Of a stretch of 64,000 bases of DNA, positions 1-14,220 are shown piece after piece. Position numbers and translations under genes: made by a program. Origin of the DNA: Octopus sinensis (lineage: Eukaryota); contig NC_043005.1 of NCBI RefSeq assembly GCF_006345805.1, positions 12,586,001 through 12,650,000 on the forward strand, written 5' to 3'. The notes beneath the pieces were generated by a model that saw nothing but the letters and a program-made list of their open reading frames with translations, had not been told where the DNA came from and searched no databases. Each line of letters opens with the position of its first letter. Position 1 is the stretch's first letter.

Positions 1-128
1 ACTGATATCTTCCTGAAAGAAATCTAAAAGAAATATCCTGTACGATAAAAAAAAGGCAGAACATATACATATACATACATACATAAATACAAATATATAC
101 ATACATACAACATACATACATACATACA

Positions 129-200
<72 letters not shown>

Positions 201-736
201 TATAAGTTGGATAATGTTTCACTGTAATTATTATTTTGGTTGTTTGTTAACAGGAAACCATAAATCTTCGGTTTTATCGGAATTTATAAGAACCTAGCTT
301 CTAAAGATAAACCACAAGAACACGAAATTTTTCAAGTATTTATGGATGTAAATTCGTTTTTATTTATTTACTTATTTTTTTTGTTTTTTTCATTATTTTT
401 ATTTTTGGATTTAGTGCCAAAGTGATGTTTACTGTTCACTGTTCACTGTATGTTGTTTACCGTTTTATTTCCGATTATTTGTTCAAGAAACCAACATGGC
501 TGCCATTTATTGTTCTTTTCATTCTGTTTTTATTTAGCATTTCCGTTCTTTTTTGTTTTGTTTTGTTTTGTTTTTTTTTTTTTGGCATTTATAGAATACA
601 CACCATGTTAGAATACACATTTCGCACTGCTTTAAAATAGATTTAAAGAGAATGTAGGAGTCTGATATCCGACTGAACGTTCTATTTAAATTTGATGTGG
701 TGATACGAAACATTTTCTTCCTCTGCCACCTGACTA

Positions 737-815
<79 letters not shown>

Positions 816-901
816 TGTGTGTTTGTGTATGTGTGCGTGTGTGAGCGTGCGAGTATGTGTATGTGTATGCATGCATATACGTATAAAAATATAATATTTC
901 T

Positions 902-942
<41 letters not shown>

Positions 943-2056
943 GTTACAAATACGTATGTATACACAAACACACACACATACATACACGTGAATACATGTG
1001 AATTTGAACTCACAACTTAAAGACTACGAAATGCTACTATGCATGCTGCCGTATATGCTACCGTTTCTGCCAGCTCAAAGTCTTGATAAAAATAGGTATA
1101 ATGATCATGATGATGATGATGATTATCATCATCATCATCATGATTATAATGATCATAATTTTGATCACAATAATATTTTTGATGTTCTCCTCAGTTTTCT
1201 GTGAAAATATTATCAAAATCAAGTCCGGACCGATAGGTGGGAGGTCTTTTAAACCGCGCTAAGCATGACTGCAACTTTCTTCCCTCATGTAAAACGAAAA
1301 TTATTAAATTTTTGATTACAATTTTCAAGAGACAATTTTTGTAAATTAAAATTTGTTATTAAACTACGTAAAGGGGCGAATAGCCTTTAACAATTATGTA
1401 ATTCAACTCCATAAAAAGCAGTGACGATAAAAAGCGAAGTTCATCCGTAGTTTTTATGATATTCATGGTTGTTAGAAGGGGCAGATTAAAGCGGTCAATC
1501 TACACAGTTCACAAGCATTACTAGAAGGACTGGTTGTGCTAAGCATGGTTGCAGCTTCATTTCCATCCTGAAGGAATGAAAAATAATTAATTTTAAAATT
1601 TTATTTTAAAGTGAATCCCTTGTAAATTAAAAAGATATTAAGTTATTAAACTACATGAAATTTGTTTCCATAAAAGAAGAAAATATGCTTCGTTGCTAGT
1701 ATACTAGTGATAAAGAAAAATGCGCTGCAGCCAGATGCGTGGTCGAGTCTTTGTCGATTAAACTGACTGACATCTTCAAAAAAGCATAAACAAAACCTGT
1801 TAAAATGAATTTAGTTGTAGAAGGTCACAGACTAAGCAGCAATAATAATAATCCACAGAGCATGAACATCGTGATAGTGTCTGGCAGGTATAATCCACGC
1901 CCTTTAACCTTGAATGGTGATGTAAGTTTCAAGATCTTCCTCTTGGTAGAGAGTGTTCTCTGACCACAGATACACTATAGTCGATAACCACTCTGAATAG
2001 TTTAACATGCATTTCAGCTTTTCATGCAATATATTTGTGTTAATGATCTCATGAAT

Positions 2057-2254
2057 AAGGCGGTGAGCTGGCTGAACCGTTAGCACGCCGGGCGAAATGC
2101 TTACCGATATTTCGTCTGTCTATACGTTCTGATGTCGACTTTGCCTTTCATCAATTCTGGGTCGATAAATTAAGTACCAGTTGCGTACTGGGCTCGATCT
2201 AATTGACTGGCCCCTTCCCCCAAAATTTCGGGCTTTGTGCCTGGAGCAAAAAAG
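2057..2254 (+). mobile_element. tRNA-derived SINE, family A with tail variant A2
   Basis: A-box-like head GGCGGTGAGCTGGCTGAACCGTTAG, body GTCGACTTTGCCTTTCATC...GTCGATAAATTAAGTACCAG, tail CCCCCAAAATTTCGGGCTTTGTGCCT...AAAGAAT. Imperfect 15-bp TSD AATGATCTCATGAAT / AATGATTCCATGAAT. The B box is partly deleted. Confidence 0.9.
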
Positions 2255-4885
2255 AATGATTCCATGAATTTCTATGTCAGCTAGAATGAAAAAAACATCT
2301 AAACGAAAAACCCTCCAGATGCACAAAAAACATTTTAATTCTAACATTTTATTTAACGTATGTAACAAAATTAACTCTGCAGTGAGGAGCTGACGTTCCT
2401 AACTCTGACTTAATTCAGAACGGGTGCTCCTTCTAGCACTTTTATTTTGAAAACGATCTCGACAAGATATGTGCATTATCACAAAATCTTCAGTCAGTTG
2501 AAAGCTAAGGCTCTTGATAAAATGTGAGACTGATAGAAGTGAAGGAAAGAAAACAACTTTATTCAATATTCTGAGGCTGGTCGATCGCCATAACAACAAT
2601 GAGAGCTAGAACTCGATTTTGACAGATTCTGATATGTTTCACATTCAAAACCATATTCTATTTTTTGGTCTTCCTACACCTAACTGCTTGTTCACTTAAT
2701 TTCAATTTCGGTAAGTAGAAGTTCTAAAAATGGTTAGAAATCTCAACCTTTCTTTAAAATAGCAAAACAAATATTCTACTTTACCAACTTTACCAAACAA
2801 TCAACATACCAACTAGCACTCACAGACTTGACATTTATTACAGTGAAATCAGCAATATTGTGTTAAACGGCATAGCATTACCAAATATTTTGAAGTCCAT
2901 CACCTAATTTGTTAATAGTACATCAACTTTATTTATATTCTGAGAGAAACACTTTTGACAGATTACTTATAATGATATAACCTCTTTCCATAATATAGCA
3001 ATTCTAGGGTCTGTAAATATTGTGAGAGCATTTGTACAGAGAATATATTGAACGTAAATATTTAAATGGCATTTTTCCTAGCGGTGATTAATAGTTCTTG
3101 TGGTATGTCTTCAAATCGTAAAGAATAAATCATTAATATTTTCTTGAGCAACAGATGACTGAAAATCAGTCATTAATATCCTGATGTATAATAGATTTTC
3201 CAGGAACATATACCAGACGTACATTTGGGACATTATGGGAGGACTATTACTATAACCATGTAAAGAATAGTTATTAAAGAACTAAACCTTCGAACCTTGA
3301 ATGCTTTCAGATTTGATTTTATTAATAATTTTCTAAGCTTTATTTCTGAAAATAGAATTATGTTGCAGTGACTTCGATAAAATTTAGGAAAAATATTAAA
3401 TCTAAGTCAAAGTATGTACATGCCAACTTGTCTAGATTACGCTGTTTCTTTAGCATTCATAATGTTGTCCCATATTGAACCGTGTTTCTATTATTCATCT
3501 TCATTAGAATTAACTTTTCAAAATCTGCCTTTCAATGCTTGAATATGTTAGACAAGAGTACGTTGGGGAAAAGCTTTATAAGGCCGGATGCTCTTCCTGA
3601 TGCCAACCCGCACATATTTCCAAACGAGATAATAATATTTCCTTCTATCGACAACAAATATCCCGAACATGTTTACTAAGAGGACTGACAGCAAAAGATA
3701 TCAATGAATAAACCTTTTGTTTTAAAAATCACGCAACATGTTAAAACATGGCAAGATGTCTGTATGTACTTTCGCGGTAGACTGCAACGGAATGTCACTC
3801 TGTCGACGCCATCAGTAAGCCACTGTTTACGAGTAGCAAACACGTGAAAACAAGCAAAATACAAAATCACTCACGTAAACAAGCATGCGCATGCATAAAT
3901 ACGTAACTCGGTGTACTGGAATTATACAATTTCCAGTTACAATGAATTTAAAATTACATTACACTTACGTGATGAGCTCTGTAATTTGTCGCTTCCCGGT
4001 GAATCAACAGAGAATTCCAATCGTCCCGGGGCTATAATAGACAACTGTCGAATATGTCACACGGATTTCAATCTGAAAAACTAAATTAAATACTTCTCCA
4101 CTGTTTTGTTGCGTTTTTCGTTGCTTCTTAAATCATTTATATGTATTTTTCTGACATATTCTATTGAACAGCTTAATCATAGGCAAAAGTACTTCATGAA
4201 TCTCCAATATGAAACATATATTCCTTATACAGAGAAAATTGTCAGATTTATGGAGGAATAAGATAATAACATATGATATTTATACAATAAATAAAGTGAA
4301 ACAGATGTAATCTACAATGAAAACTGCATTTATATACTAAATAAGTGTGCGTTTACAATGTTTCTATAAAGCTGACTTATGCAATGTTTGTCCTTGCCAA
4401 TGAATGGTGACAATAGGAAAATCCAAATGTTTTGTGATCCTTTAAAATTTTTTCCAATCACAAGAAAGAAAAATTTCTGTCTATGAGTCTTTTTTTTTAT
4501 CTCATTCTCCCATAGCCCATTTTCACAGTCACAATTTATGCAAGTAATTTTCTATAAATATTATCGAAATATGGAATCCAATGGTACGAAAGAGGCAATC
4601 TATTCTATTGAAATATATATATAACATATCATGCAACTAGAATCATGAACAGTAATTTAATGGCGATATTTCCTGTATCAAAAGGAAGTTAAAATGAATA
4701 ATTTTAGGTTTTGGTGAAACAATCTTAGCCTATTTATTTATGCATGCATCTATCAACACACATCCACACGTCTATCTATCTATATATCTATCTGAAGACA
4801 TCAGCAAATCAACACTCATCATAAAGCGTTGAGGAAAATATACATGGGCACTATTTCCATCTGCCAATTTCACTCACAGAATATT

Positions 4886-5088
4886 CTCTAGGCATAAGGC
4901 CCGAAATTTTAGGGAAGAGGGCCAGTCGATTAGATCGAACCCACTGCGCAACTGGTACTAAATTTATCGACCCCTAAAGTATGAAAGGCAAAGTCGACCC
5001 CGCAGAATTTGTACTCAGAACGTAGCGGCAGACGAAATACGGCTACGCATTGCGCCCGGCGTGCTAACGTTTCTGACAGCTCGCCGCC
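4886..5088 (-). mobile_element. SINE family A (A2 tail)
   Basis: Reverse complement of the family A consensus with A and B boxes. 18-bp TSD TTTCACTCACAGAATATT (4868-4885) / TTTCACTCACAAGATATT (5089-5106). Confidence 0.92.
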
Positions 5089-6028
5089 TTTCACTCACAA
5101 GATATTGGACCGGCCCTAATTTACAGTAAGAGACAGTTTCCTAAGTGACTACACAATGGGACTGAACTTGAAAACAAGTGGTTTTGAAGTGAACATCCCA
5201 GATACACGCGCGCGCGTGTGTGTGGCTGCGTACACTTTTGCAGACATCAGTTTCTTGGCAGACAAGTAATTGAGTAAAAAAAAAAGACTGCGTCAATAGT
5301 GAAATAATCATGAACTTGATTATAAACTATTACCTGTGAAGGTAATAGATTCTTGTGCTTATCTCTTATCAGCGGTGCAGTGGCCACGTAACTACAAATT
5401 TCTATGAAAGTCTAGAAATACAGGTGATTCTCAAGAAAGAATAATGTAAACTGATTAGTTTCCTCCAAATGCGACGTATTAATGTACAGTGAAGGATTTC
5501 TGAAACATTCCTTGCAGACATTCTTCATTTGCGTTTCCTGGATTGATTACATGTATTCCACAGTATCATTCACTCATATATTTGACGATGAAACACTCAT
5601 ATGTATATATATATATATAAAACCACCTTTTATCAATTCAAAATGAACAATTAAATTACACCATCTAGAAAATTTCATATAATAGAAATATTACAATTAA
5701 AATAATAATAAAATATCAATGATTAAGATGGTGTAATTTAATTGTTCATTTTGAATTGATAAAAGGTGTTTTTTTCTAATCTTTATATATATATATATAT
5801 ATATATTATATCGTGTAAAATTTGATTTAGTATTTCTAAATTGAATTTTTTTCCCTGTAAGTTTGGATTTATATTCCCTCAAATAATTATATATATATAT
5901 TATATATATATATATATATAGTGACGTATTTTTGCCATTTCAATATGGCTAAAACCCTAAGGGTGGATGCTACTGTAGTTTTTAGCCCCAGGAGGACACA
6001 CTCCTCCAGCTGGCCATACATACATACA

Positions 6029-6186
<158 letters not shown>

Positions 6187-7539
6187 TGTATGTATGTATA
6201 ATAACAAGACACGCACTTAGATTTACGCTAACAACTGGCTTATATATTCGCAAATCACAGTTGGTTTCCGGTTTGAATTTATAGGTATAAGACAAATACG
6301 TAAATAACCCCAAAAGAAAACGTAAACCCATATGCGTATATGTGTGTCATTTTGTTTCTGCTTTGTATATATGCATGAAAATATATAGATGCATAGATAT
6401 GTATTTATTATACATCTGTGTTTTATCCTCTACTATCAGATTTATTTTTTTTCTTTCCGTGTTGCTGTATTTTTTCACGTTTTCCAGTTTTTCTTTATTT
6501 CAATCTTTCCCATCCTTCCCTTAGCATCTCATTATCTCTTCATTTCTCATCCCTTTATTTTCACTAATTGGTTCTCTCTTTCTCTTTCTCTCTCTCTCTC
6601 GCTCGCTCGCTCGCTCTCTCTCCTCTCTTTCTCTCTTTATATACATATGTGTGTGTGTGTGTATATGTGAGTGTATGCGTGTATGTATATGTATCCATAT
6701 ATGTATATGTGTGTATGTATACTGGAAGTTTCTAGGTGCTGATAAAAAGACCATTGTGAGAAATAGAACAAAATGTGACATAATAAAATAACATTTTCAA
6801 AATGTCTAGAATAATGAACGTGGGTTTGATAACAGGGAATAGAGAAATTTATTTCAATGAAACTGTAACCATTTGACAAACATGAAGATCTGAGTGTTTG
6901 TGAAACTGAGAGCAATAAGAGAAGTCATTGGCAACCACATATTACAGAAAACCATACGTTCTATGTTTTAACTACATTTTCATTGGAGAAAATTACTGTA
7001 TCACACACATATTATCCACGATCGTTTGTTATGTATGTAGGAGAAAGAGAGAGAGGGGGAGTGTGTGTGTGAGTGATTGAGAGAGTGAGAGTGAAAGAGA
7101 GAGAGAGAAAGAGAAATGAATATGCATTTATGCAAAAATCTAAAAAAATATTCAGTTTCATTCTGTAAGCGAAAGATAAGTTTAATTATATAAGGGAAAT
7201 AAATCGCGGCATTTAGCTATCTTTGCAGTCAGGTAAAATGAATCATTTTATTGCAAGTTCTCTGAATATTTAATCATACATAATATATTGTTGCCAGAAT
7301 CAGTAATTTGAAAACATATACCTACAATTTAAGGGCATAAGACTCTCATACAACTCTGTTCGTTTAAACCATGAATCCATAGCATATATGAAACATGTGA
7401 ATATTTTCGTTCACTAAGATTCCTCATTTCTAAAGTTCTTCGACAAAGATTATATCTGAATAAAAACGTTCGATCACACGGGTTCATTTAATGTTACTTA
7501 GGGGCAGTCTGACAGTCCTGAGAATTGTGATTTCATTAA

Positions 7540-7577
<38 letters not shown>

Positions 7578-7779
7578 CTTGATTATAATCACCCCATTTT
7601 GAATTATATGAATAATACCATACTAAATTCTGGTGCCTTTAACTTAAGTACCATATTCAACTGAATCTAAATTTTTACTGAACTTATATATATATATATA
7701 TATTAATAAATAAAATAAAACATATGCACATATATATAAACATATATGTACGTACCTACCTCTACATGTACATATACAC

Positions 7780-8070
7780 GCATATATGAGTACAGGACAC
7801 CAAAAGGACGTCGAACACAATGAGAAACGAAAACATAGACACAAACCAAAGGAACTGGACATTTTCTTTTAAACAGTAAAAAAATAGAGTACAGGACAAT
7901 TAACACAAAGAAAAAAACCCTTCTTCAGTCTCTAAAGGTTTCATCTACTCTACGTTTCGAAGGATAAAAGCGAGACGTATCTTCGACAAGAAACTTTCCT
8001 TCCTGCGTAAAGCAAATCAATTAAAATTCTGAGATCTTTTCGCAGAGGGGTAAAAAATGGTAACAAAAGC
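7780..8070 (-). repeat. Dispersed TA-associated repeat (family H3) with a degenerate hammerhead-like TGTCGAAG...CTTCGAAACGTA motif
   Basis: Homologous to 34820-35140 in the opposite orientation (shared GATGTCCTG, GTTTTCGTTTCTCxTTGTGTTC, CTGAAGAAGGG, CCTTCGxAACGT blocks). Confidence 0.6.
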
Positions 8071-8154
8071 AGGACAGTAACGACAGTACAAATTATATAT
8101 ATATACATATTTGATACTTCAGGTATGAAATCCGCTCTCTGAAATATCGGATTA

Positions 8155-8498
8155 CAGTAATCCCTCGTTATATCGCGGTTCACCTATCGCTGTTTATTAT
8201 TTAAGCTTACGTCGATTCCTCTGTGGTGTTGTTTTGCATTTATAATAAAATAAATATATACAAATTGTAAAAGTAATAATAATAAAATGTATCGCGGTTC
8301 ACCTATCGGGGTTTATTATTTAAGCTTACGTCGATTCCTCTGTGGTGTTGTTTTGCATTTATAATAAAATAAATATATACAAATTGTAAAAGTAATAATA
8401 ATAAAATGTACAGTACAATACCGTTTCTGCTTTGCGGATTTTCACTTATCGCGGTGGGGTTTTGAAACGTAGCACCTGCGATAGTCGAAGGATTACTG
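8155..8498. mobile_element. pogo/Tigger-type MITE carrying an internal 119-bp tandem duplication
   Basis: Terminal inverted repeats (TIRs) CAGTAATCCCTCG / CGAAGGATTACTG, TA on the left. A second copy without the duplication lies at 57288-57510. Confidence 0.85.
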
Positions 8499-9425
8499 GA
8501 CACCGAAATAAGGACTTAGCTGTAAACAATAAGCAAACAGACTCCAAGTACACCTCAGATAATATATATACTTATATATATACTTATTTGTTTACACCCT
8601 TGCGCCATCATATAGACAAATAGAGATCTCTGTTGGACAGAATCACACCGACACACATAGTCACCAATATTATATATTCGCATAAAAGAACCCTGTGAGA
8701 GAGAACGTGGCCTGTTGGATATAGCAGCCAAATCTCTCACAAATGGAACATAGCTAGCTTTAAAAATAAACTGACTATATCAATTAATAAGATCTGTGAT
8801 TACTTTCACAAAAATATCCGCTGCTCATGACTGGAATATAGTGAATCAAAAAGTTCCTCTCGTTGAGGACTGACCTCGGGATAGATAACAACTAACTCTA
8901 GCACGCATGTTCTCGTGTATATATGTATGCGTGTGTTTGTGTGTTTGTGTGTGTGCATGCATGTGTGTATGTGTGTGAGCCTAAATACGTAGATGCATAG
9001 GGGAACAGCGTGACATACACACATGCTTAAGCACAAACATTAAAAATACACACAATGTAAATATACACTCGTACAAAAATACACACATCGTAGCAATTAA
9101 TGAAGATGGCGATGCTAGCAAAAAAATCCGTAAGGATTGTAGCATATGAAAAGCTTCATAAATATTCATAAATATTTATTATACAACACTTCGTATGTAT
9201 ATACACACTCAGGCACATTACAATTCTCTAGAATCCGTATAATTACGCCTAGCGTCCATCTTTTATATTAGACACTTAATGTCTATATCTATATATCCAT
9301 CTTTCTCTTGCACGCTTCTCTCTCTCCCACCCTCCTCTCTCTCCCTTTCTCTTTCTATTTTCTCTGTCTGCCAACGTATCTTTATATATATATGTATATA
9401 TATATATATATATAATATATATATA

Positions 9426-9522
<97 letters not shown>

Positions 9523-10022
9523 GTATGTATGTGTGTATGTATGTATGCATATATATATTATATATATATATATACATATATATGTATAACTATTTTCTAT
9601 CTATATCTCTCTTAGTTTTACGTGCATGACGGTCTCTGGCTCAGTCTATAAAAGTACACACACACACACACACACACATACACACACACACATACATACA
9701 CACACACACACTCTCAGATACACTACACATATAACTTTTCAGATATATTTATGTACGCACGCACGCACAAATTACCAGACTCTCACGGATGTGTGTATAC
9801 GTGGAAGCGTACCTGTAGGTGAGTTTCTTTTCGTGCGTGTGTATGTGCGTGTAAATGTTTGGGTGAGTGTGCGCGTGAGTGTGTGTGTGTGAGGCTTTGG
9901 CCGGCCCGAGGCTATAGTAGAAGACACCTGCCCATTTGGAAATGGCAGCCGTATACATTATCGTGTATGAGCGTTCACATGTGTGTGCGTGCGAGTGTGT
10001 ATGTTTGTGTTTGTGTGTTTGA

Positions 10023-10055
<33 letters not shown>

Positions 10056-10419
10056 GTATTAACATTTATGAAATCTAAAATCTCGTGAGGATCCCGCGAC
10101 GCTTCGTGATATAACACAAGATAACAATATAAAGCACGCATAGATTTCTAAAATAACATTTAGTTTGTATTGTAATCGTATTGTAAAATATATTACGTAT
10201 CAAAGATACGCACACACACGGATTACTTATACGCTATTCTGATATATTTGTATTCAATATATTCGTAACCTAGGTTAATTCTATGTCAATGTCAATCATA
10301 TATATTATGTGATAATGTATACGCGACCATTTCCAAATTTCCAAAGTTCCATTCGATATATGTGTGTGTTTGTATATGGTCCCGGGTTCATTCCCACTGC
10401 GTGCACCTTGGGTAAATGT

Positions 10420-10915
10420 CTAAAAATCAATTTCAGCTCAACTACTAATTTTAAAAATATAATCGTACACACATTACAAGAAAACACAATATGAAACCAG
10501 CTGTTTATGCTCGCTAAATGGAGCTTGCATGTCCGAGACCATCATTTATGAAGCCACCATGGACTCTACATCCACTAAGGACACGGTTTCCACGAAGAAA
10601 TATGTGGGCCTTACAGAGGGTAATTTCAATGCCAGGTTCAATAATCACACCTTGAGCTTCAGGCATTGAGATAAAGGGAAAACTACCAAATTATCCAGTC
10701 ATATATGGTCCTTAAAAGATAAAGGTGTCAGTTACAACATCCATTGGAAGATCTTAACCAAGTGTAAGCCCTAAACCAACGGCAGTGGAAAGTGCGGTCT
10801 TTCTGATATGGAAAGATGGCTCATCTTCAAAAGCAGGTTAGACCACGCAAAATGTCTGAATTCAAAATCTGAACTTTTGGGATCATGCCCATATGTGGCT
10901 AAATATTTGTTACGT
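10420..10915 (+). pseudogene. Penelope-like element GIY-YIG endonuclease remnant
   Basis: Frame +2 from 10502 reads CLCSLNGACMSETIIYEAT...KKYVGLTEGNFNARFNNHTLSFRH*DKGKTTKLSSHIWSLKDKGVSYNIHWKILTKCKP*TNGSGKCGLSDMERWLIF...CLNSKSELLGSCPYVAKYLL. It has IIY/YVG motifs, the conserved R, E and N, and Cys/His residues as in PLE endonucleases. Stops at 10667 and 10772. The upstream KINFSSTTNFKNII is in another frame. Confidence 0.85.
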
Positions 10916-11041
10916 TTTTGGTCACACCGAGATTACAGAAAGGCCTTGCTTTCTATATCGTGTCCACGCTCAAGCTTTTTATCTCTCAATACTTTTTACT
11001 TATATTTCTAATATATTTTTATACATATTTATGTTTGTTAG

Positions 11042-11083
<42 letters not shown>

Positions 11084-12124
11084 TTGTTTTATAGGTTTAT
11101 TGCTCATGTATTTACTTTAAACACATTTTTTTCTGTATTCTACCTTCCACCCTGCATTTCCCTTGCGTGTATAGACGTGTATATGGAATCTTTTGTGACC
11201 GCGTGTGAATGTGTGCCTGTGTGCGGGTATCTGCGTATATAGACGTGTTTACTAATTGCTTATTTTTACACATTTTCCTGTATTTTGGCTTTAGCCCTGT
11301 TTTTTCTTGTGCACGTTCGTATATAGACGTGTGTATGAAACTATATATATATATATATATATAATATATATAATATATATATATATATAATATATATATA
11401 TATATAGATATATATATACATATATACATACATATATATACATTCATACATACATATAATACATACACACACACATATACACACACACACAAACACACAC
11501 ACACAACACACACACACACAACACACACACCCACCCCCCACAACACAACACACTATATATATATTATATATATATATATATATTTATATATATTATATTG
11601 AGCCATAACTAAAATATGCATGTTTGGATCTTGTATACGTTTCTTATCAACAGAAAATAGCTTAGGAGTAGTATTCGATTCGTAATCAACGTTACTTGCA
11701 TTGGAAGTATTCACAAGGAATGCTTGTTCCCCATGTGTAGGTTATACAAGATTAGAAAATTTCTCAATAAAAGGAAAATTTTTTTTAATCACCTGATTTA
11801 TTGTTTTATAATATGTTTTGGGGATTATTTGGGTGATATTTTTAATTAGAATTAGCAAAACGTAACTGAAAATCTGACACATCGTTCAAATTAATTAGAC
11901 AAAGCAGAAGTGACCGCCGATCCGCCGGCATTAATTGACTGAATTTTATTGGATACCAAACTATTTTTGAATAAAATTCAAAATATTTGCCACTGGTCAT
12001 AAGTGTGTCTAAGTCTGTGCTAAGTATCTTTATTATTTCTTTATGACTCCCGCTGCTTTTTTTACCAAAATGTCAAAGATCTGATTTTACGATAATACTT
12101 TGCACATTTCTCATTATTTCTCAA

Positions 12125-12410
12125 TTAGTGAATATTTTTAAATATATCACCCCGTGCTCCAGGAATTCATTGCCCAACCCTTATGAAAAATATTATCTAA
12201 TAATATGTGAACCTACGATATACAAACATGCTAAATTTACCTATTTCTTCTTGTAGAGGGAAAAACTTTAGTGAATATTTTTAAATATATCACCCCGTGC
12301 TCCCGGAATTCATTGCCCAACCCTTATGAAAAATATTATCTAATAATATGTGAACCTACGATATACAAACATGCTAAATTTACCTATTTCTTCTTGTAGA
12401 GGGAAAAACT
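12125..12410. repeat. Direct tandem duplication, 2 x 143 bp
   Basis: 12125-12267 and 12268-12410 differ by one substitution that I can see (CTCCAGG vs CTCCCGG). Confidence 0.95.
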
Positions 12411-12687
12411 TATATACAAACTTAATCTAATTTCTAAACATATTGGGATCCTCTCTGAGGTTTCTACATCACTTGACCAAATTCAAAGTAAGCATATAAC
12501 CACTCGGTTTATAAACTAATTAAATCCAATATCTTCAGAGAACTGGAGCAATTAACTTGCATAATTAATTTGCAGGTAACAGTCAACAGGAAGCATGTTT
12601 TCTGAGTACCATAAGATATATTTATTTATCGTAACCGTTGACTCTATCGAATATTCCTACGATTTTCAATTATATATATATATATAT

Positions 12688-12765
<78 letters not shown>

Positions 12766-13261
12766 TTGATATATATATATATATTCTACTTGTGCTTTTT
12801 CAGAATTTGATTAATAATGCGCGCCTGCGTGTGTGTATATGTGAGGGTGTGTATGTATGTGTGTGTATGTATAAGGCTGTTTCTGTAAAGCGTAAGCCTA
12901 CAATCTGTATTCCATACTTGGAGATATGTTTTTGTGTGACAGATGCACTGGAAGATTTTGTTGAGAATCTCAAAAGAATATTTCAAAAATAAGTCTGTCA
13001 TCACCTTCGTTATCTAAAACAATAGCTTTAAATTCTGGCGATGTAATAAACTCCGTTTCTAGATGTAGATAGAGATATAAATTCAGAAAATATATAGCGT
13101 CGATTAAAAACTGAAGTCACACGTAAATGTCTGGAGACAGTGTTCCTACACACATCTAAAATGTCTTGGTAAAATTACTATCTAAAAGAGCATTTAGTTT
13201 TTATTTTACAAACGAAGGCTCTCAAGTTCAATTCGGGACTCAGAACCTGTGTAACTTCCTT

Positions 13262-13564
13262 GTTGTTGTTCGCTCCTTCTGGAGCCATACCTGACTCATA
13301 AGGGCTGGTTTCATTGGCGTATAGGTTTCCCACTTGGAAGGGACGCCGGCCCGTCAGAGGTGAGCTGCTAGATGCAGGAAGGAAGTGTAAGAGGAAGTTG
13401 TGGCGAAAGACTCAGCAGACGTTCGCCGTTACCAAACTGCCGGAGCCACGTGGAACGTAGGTATTACGCTCATAAACACAAACGCATCGCCCTGTGTGAG
13501 ATTCGAACCCGCGATCCCTCGACCGAGTGTCCCTTGGTCTAACCACTAGGCCATGTGCCTCCAC
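13262..13564 (-). mobile_element. tRNA-derived SINE, family E
   Basis: The minus strand starts GTGGAGGCACATGGCCTAGTGGTTAG (A box), has GGGTTCGAATC (B box) and ends in an (AAC)n tail. The head is shared with the family C copy at 44136-44518. Confidence 0.85.
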
Positions 13565-13635
13565 GTAATAAATTGTATTCCTAATTCAATGAATCAGACT
13601 CACAGCACACTTGTTCAGAATAAACGTCTTACATT

Positions 13636-14220
13636 GGTGGCGAGCTGGAAGAAACGCTAGCACGCCGGGCGAAATGCTTAGCAGTATTTCGTCTGCCGCT
13701 ACGTTCTGAGTCCAAATTCCCCCGAGGTCGACTTTGCCTTTCATCTTTTCGGGGTCGATTAAATAAGTACCAGTTGTGCACTGGGGTCGATGTAATCGAC
13801 TCAATCCGTTTGTCTGTCCTTGTTTGTCCCCCCTGCGTTTAGACCCTTGTGGGCAATAAAGAAATAGATATTTCGTCTGTCTTTACTTTCTGAGTTCAAA
13901 TTTCGCCGAAGTAGACTTTGCCTTTCATCCTTTCGGGGTCGATTAAATAAGTACCAATTACGCACTGGGGTCGATATAATCGACTGAATCAGTTTGTCTG
14001 TCCTTGTCTGTCCTCTCTGTGTTTAGCCTTGTGGGTAGTAAAGAAATAGGTATTTCTTCTGTCTTTACTTTTCGTTCTGAGTTCAAATTCCGCCGAGGTC
14101 CACTTTGCCTTTCATCCTGTCGGGGTCGACAACATAAGCATAAGTTACGTACTGGGTTCGATCTAATCGATGGACCCCTCCTCCAAAATCTGGGCCTAGT
14201 GCCTAGATTAGCAAAAAGAA
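13636..14220 (+). mobile_element. SINE family A head-to-tail trimer (A1, A1, A2 tails)
   Basis: One full head, then units restarting at G(G/A)TATTT at 13867 and 14049 directly after the tail AAAGAAATA. Confidence 0.92.

Noticed and set aside
13490-13564. tRNA-like sequences here and at every SINE head
   Set aside because: A and B boxes are present, but there is no acceptor stem or complete cloverleaf, and each continues into a SINE body and tail. They are not tRNA genes.
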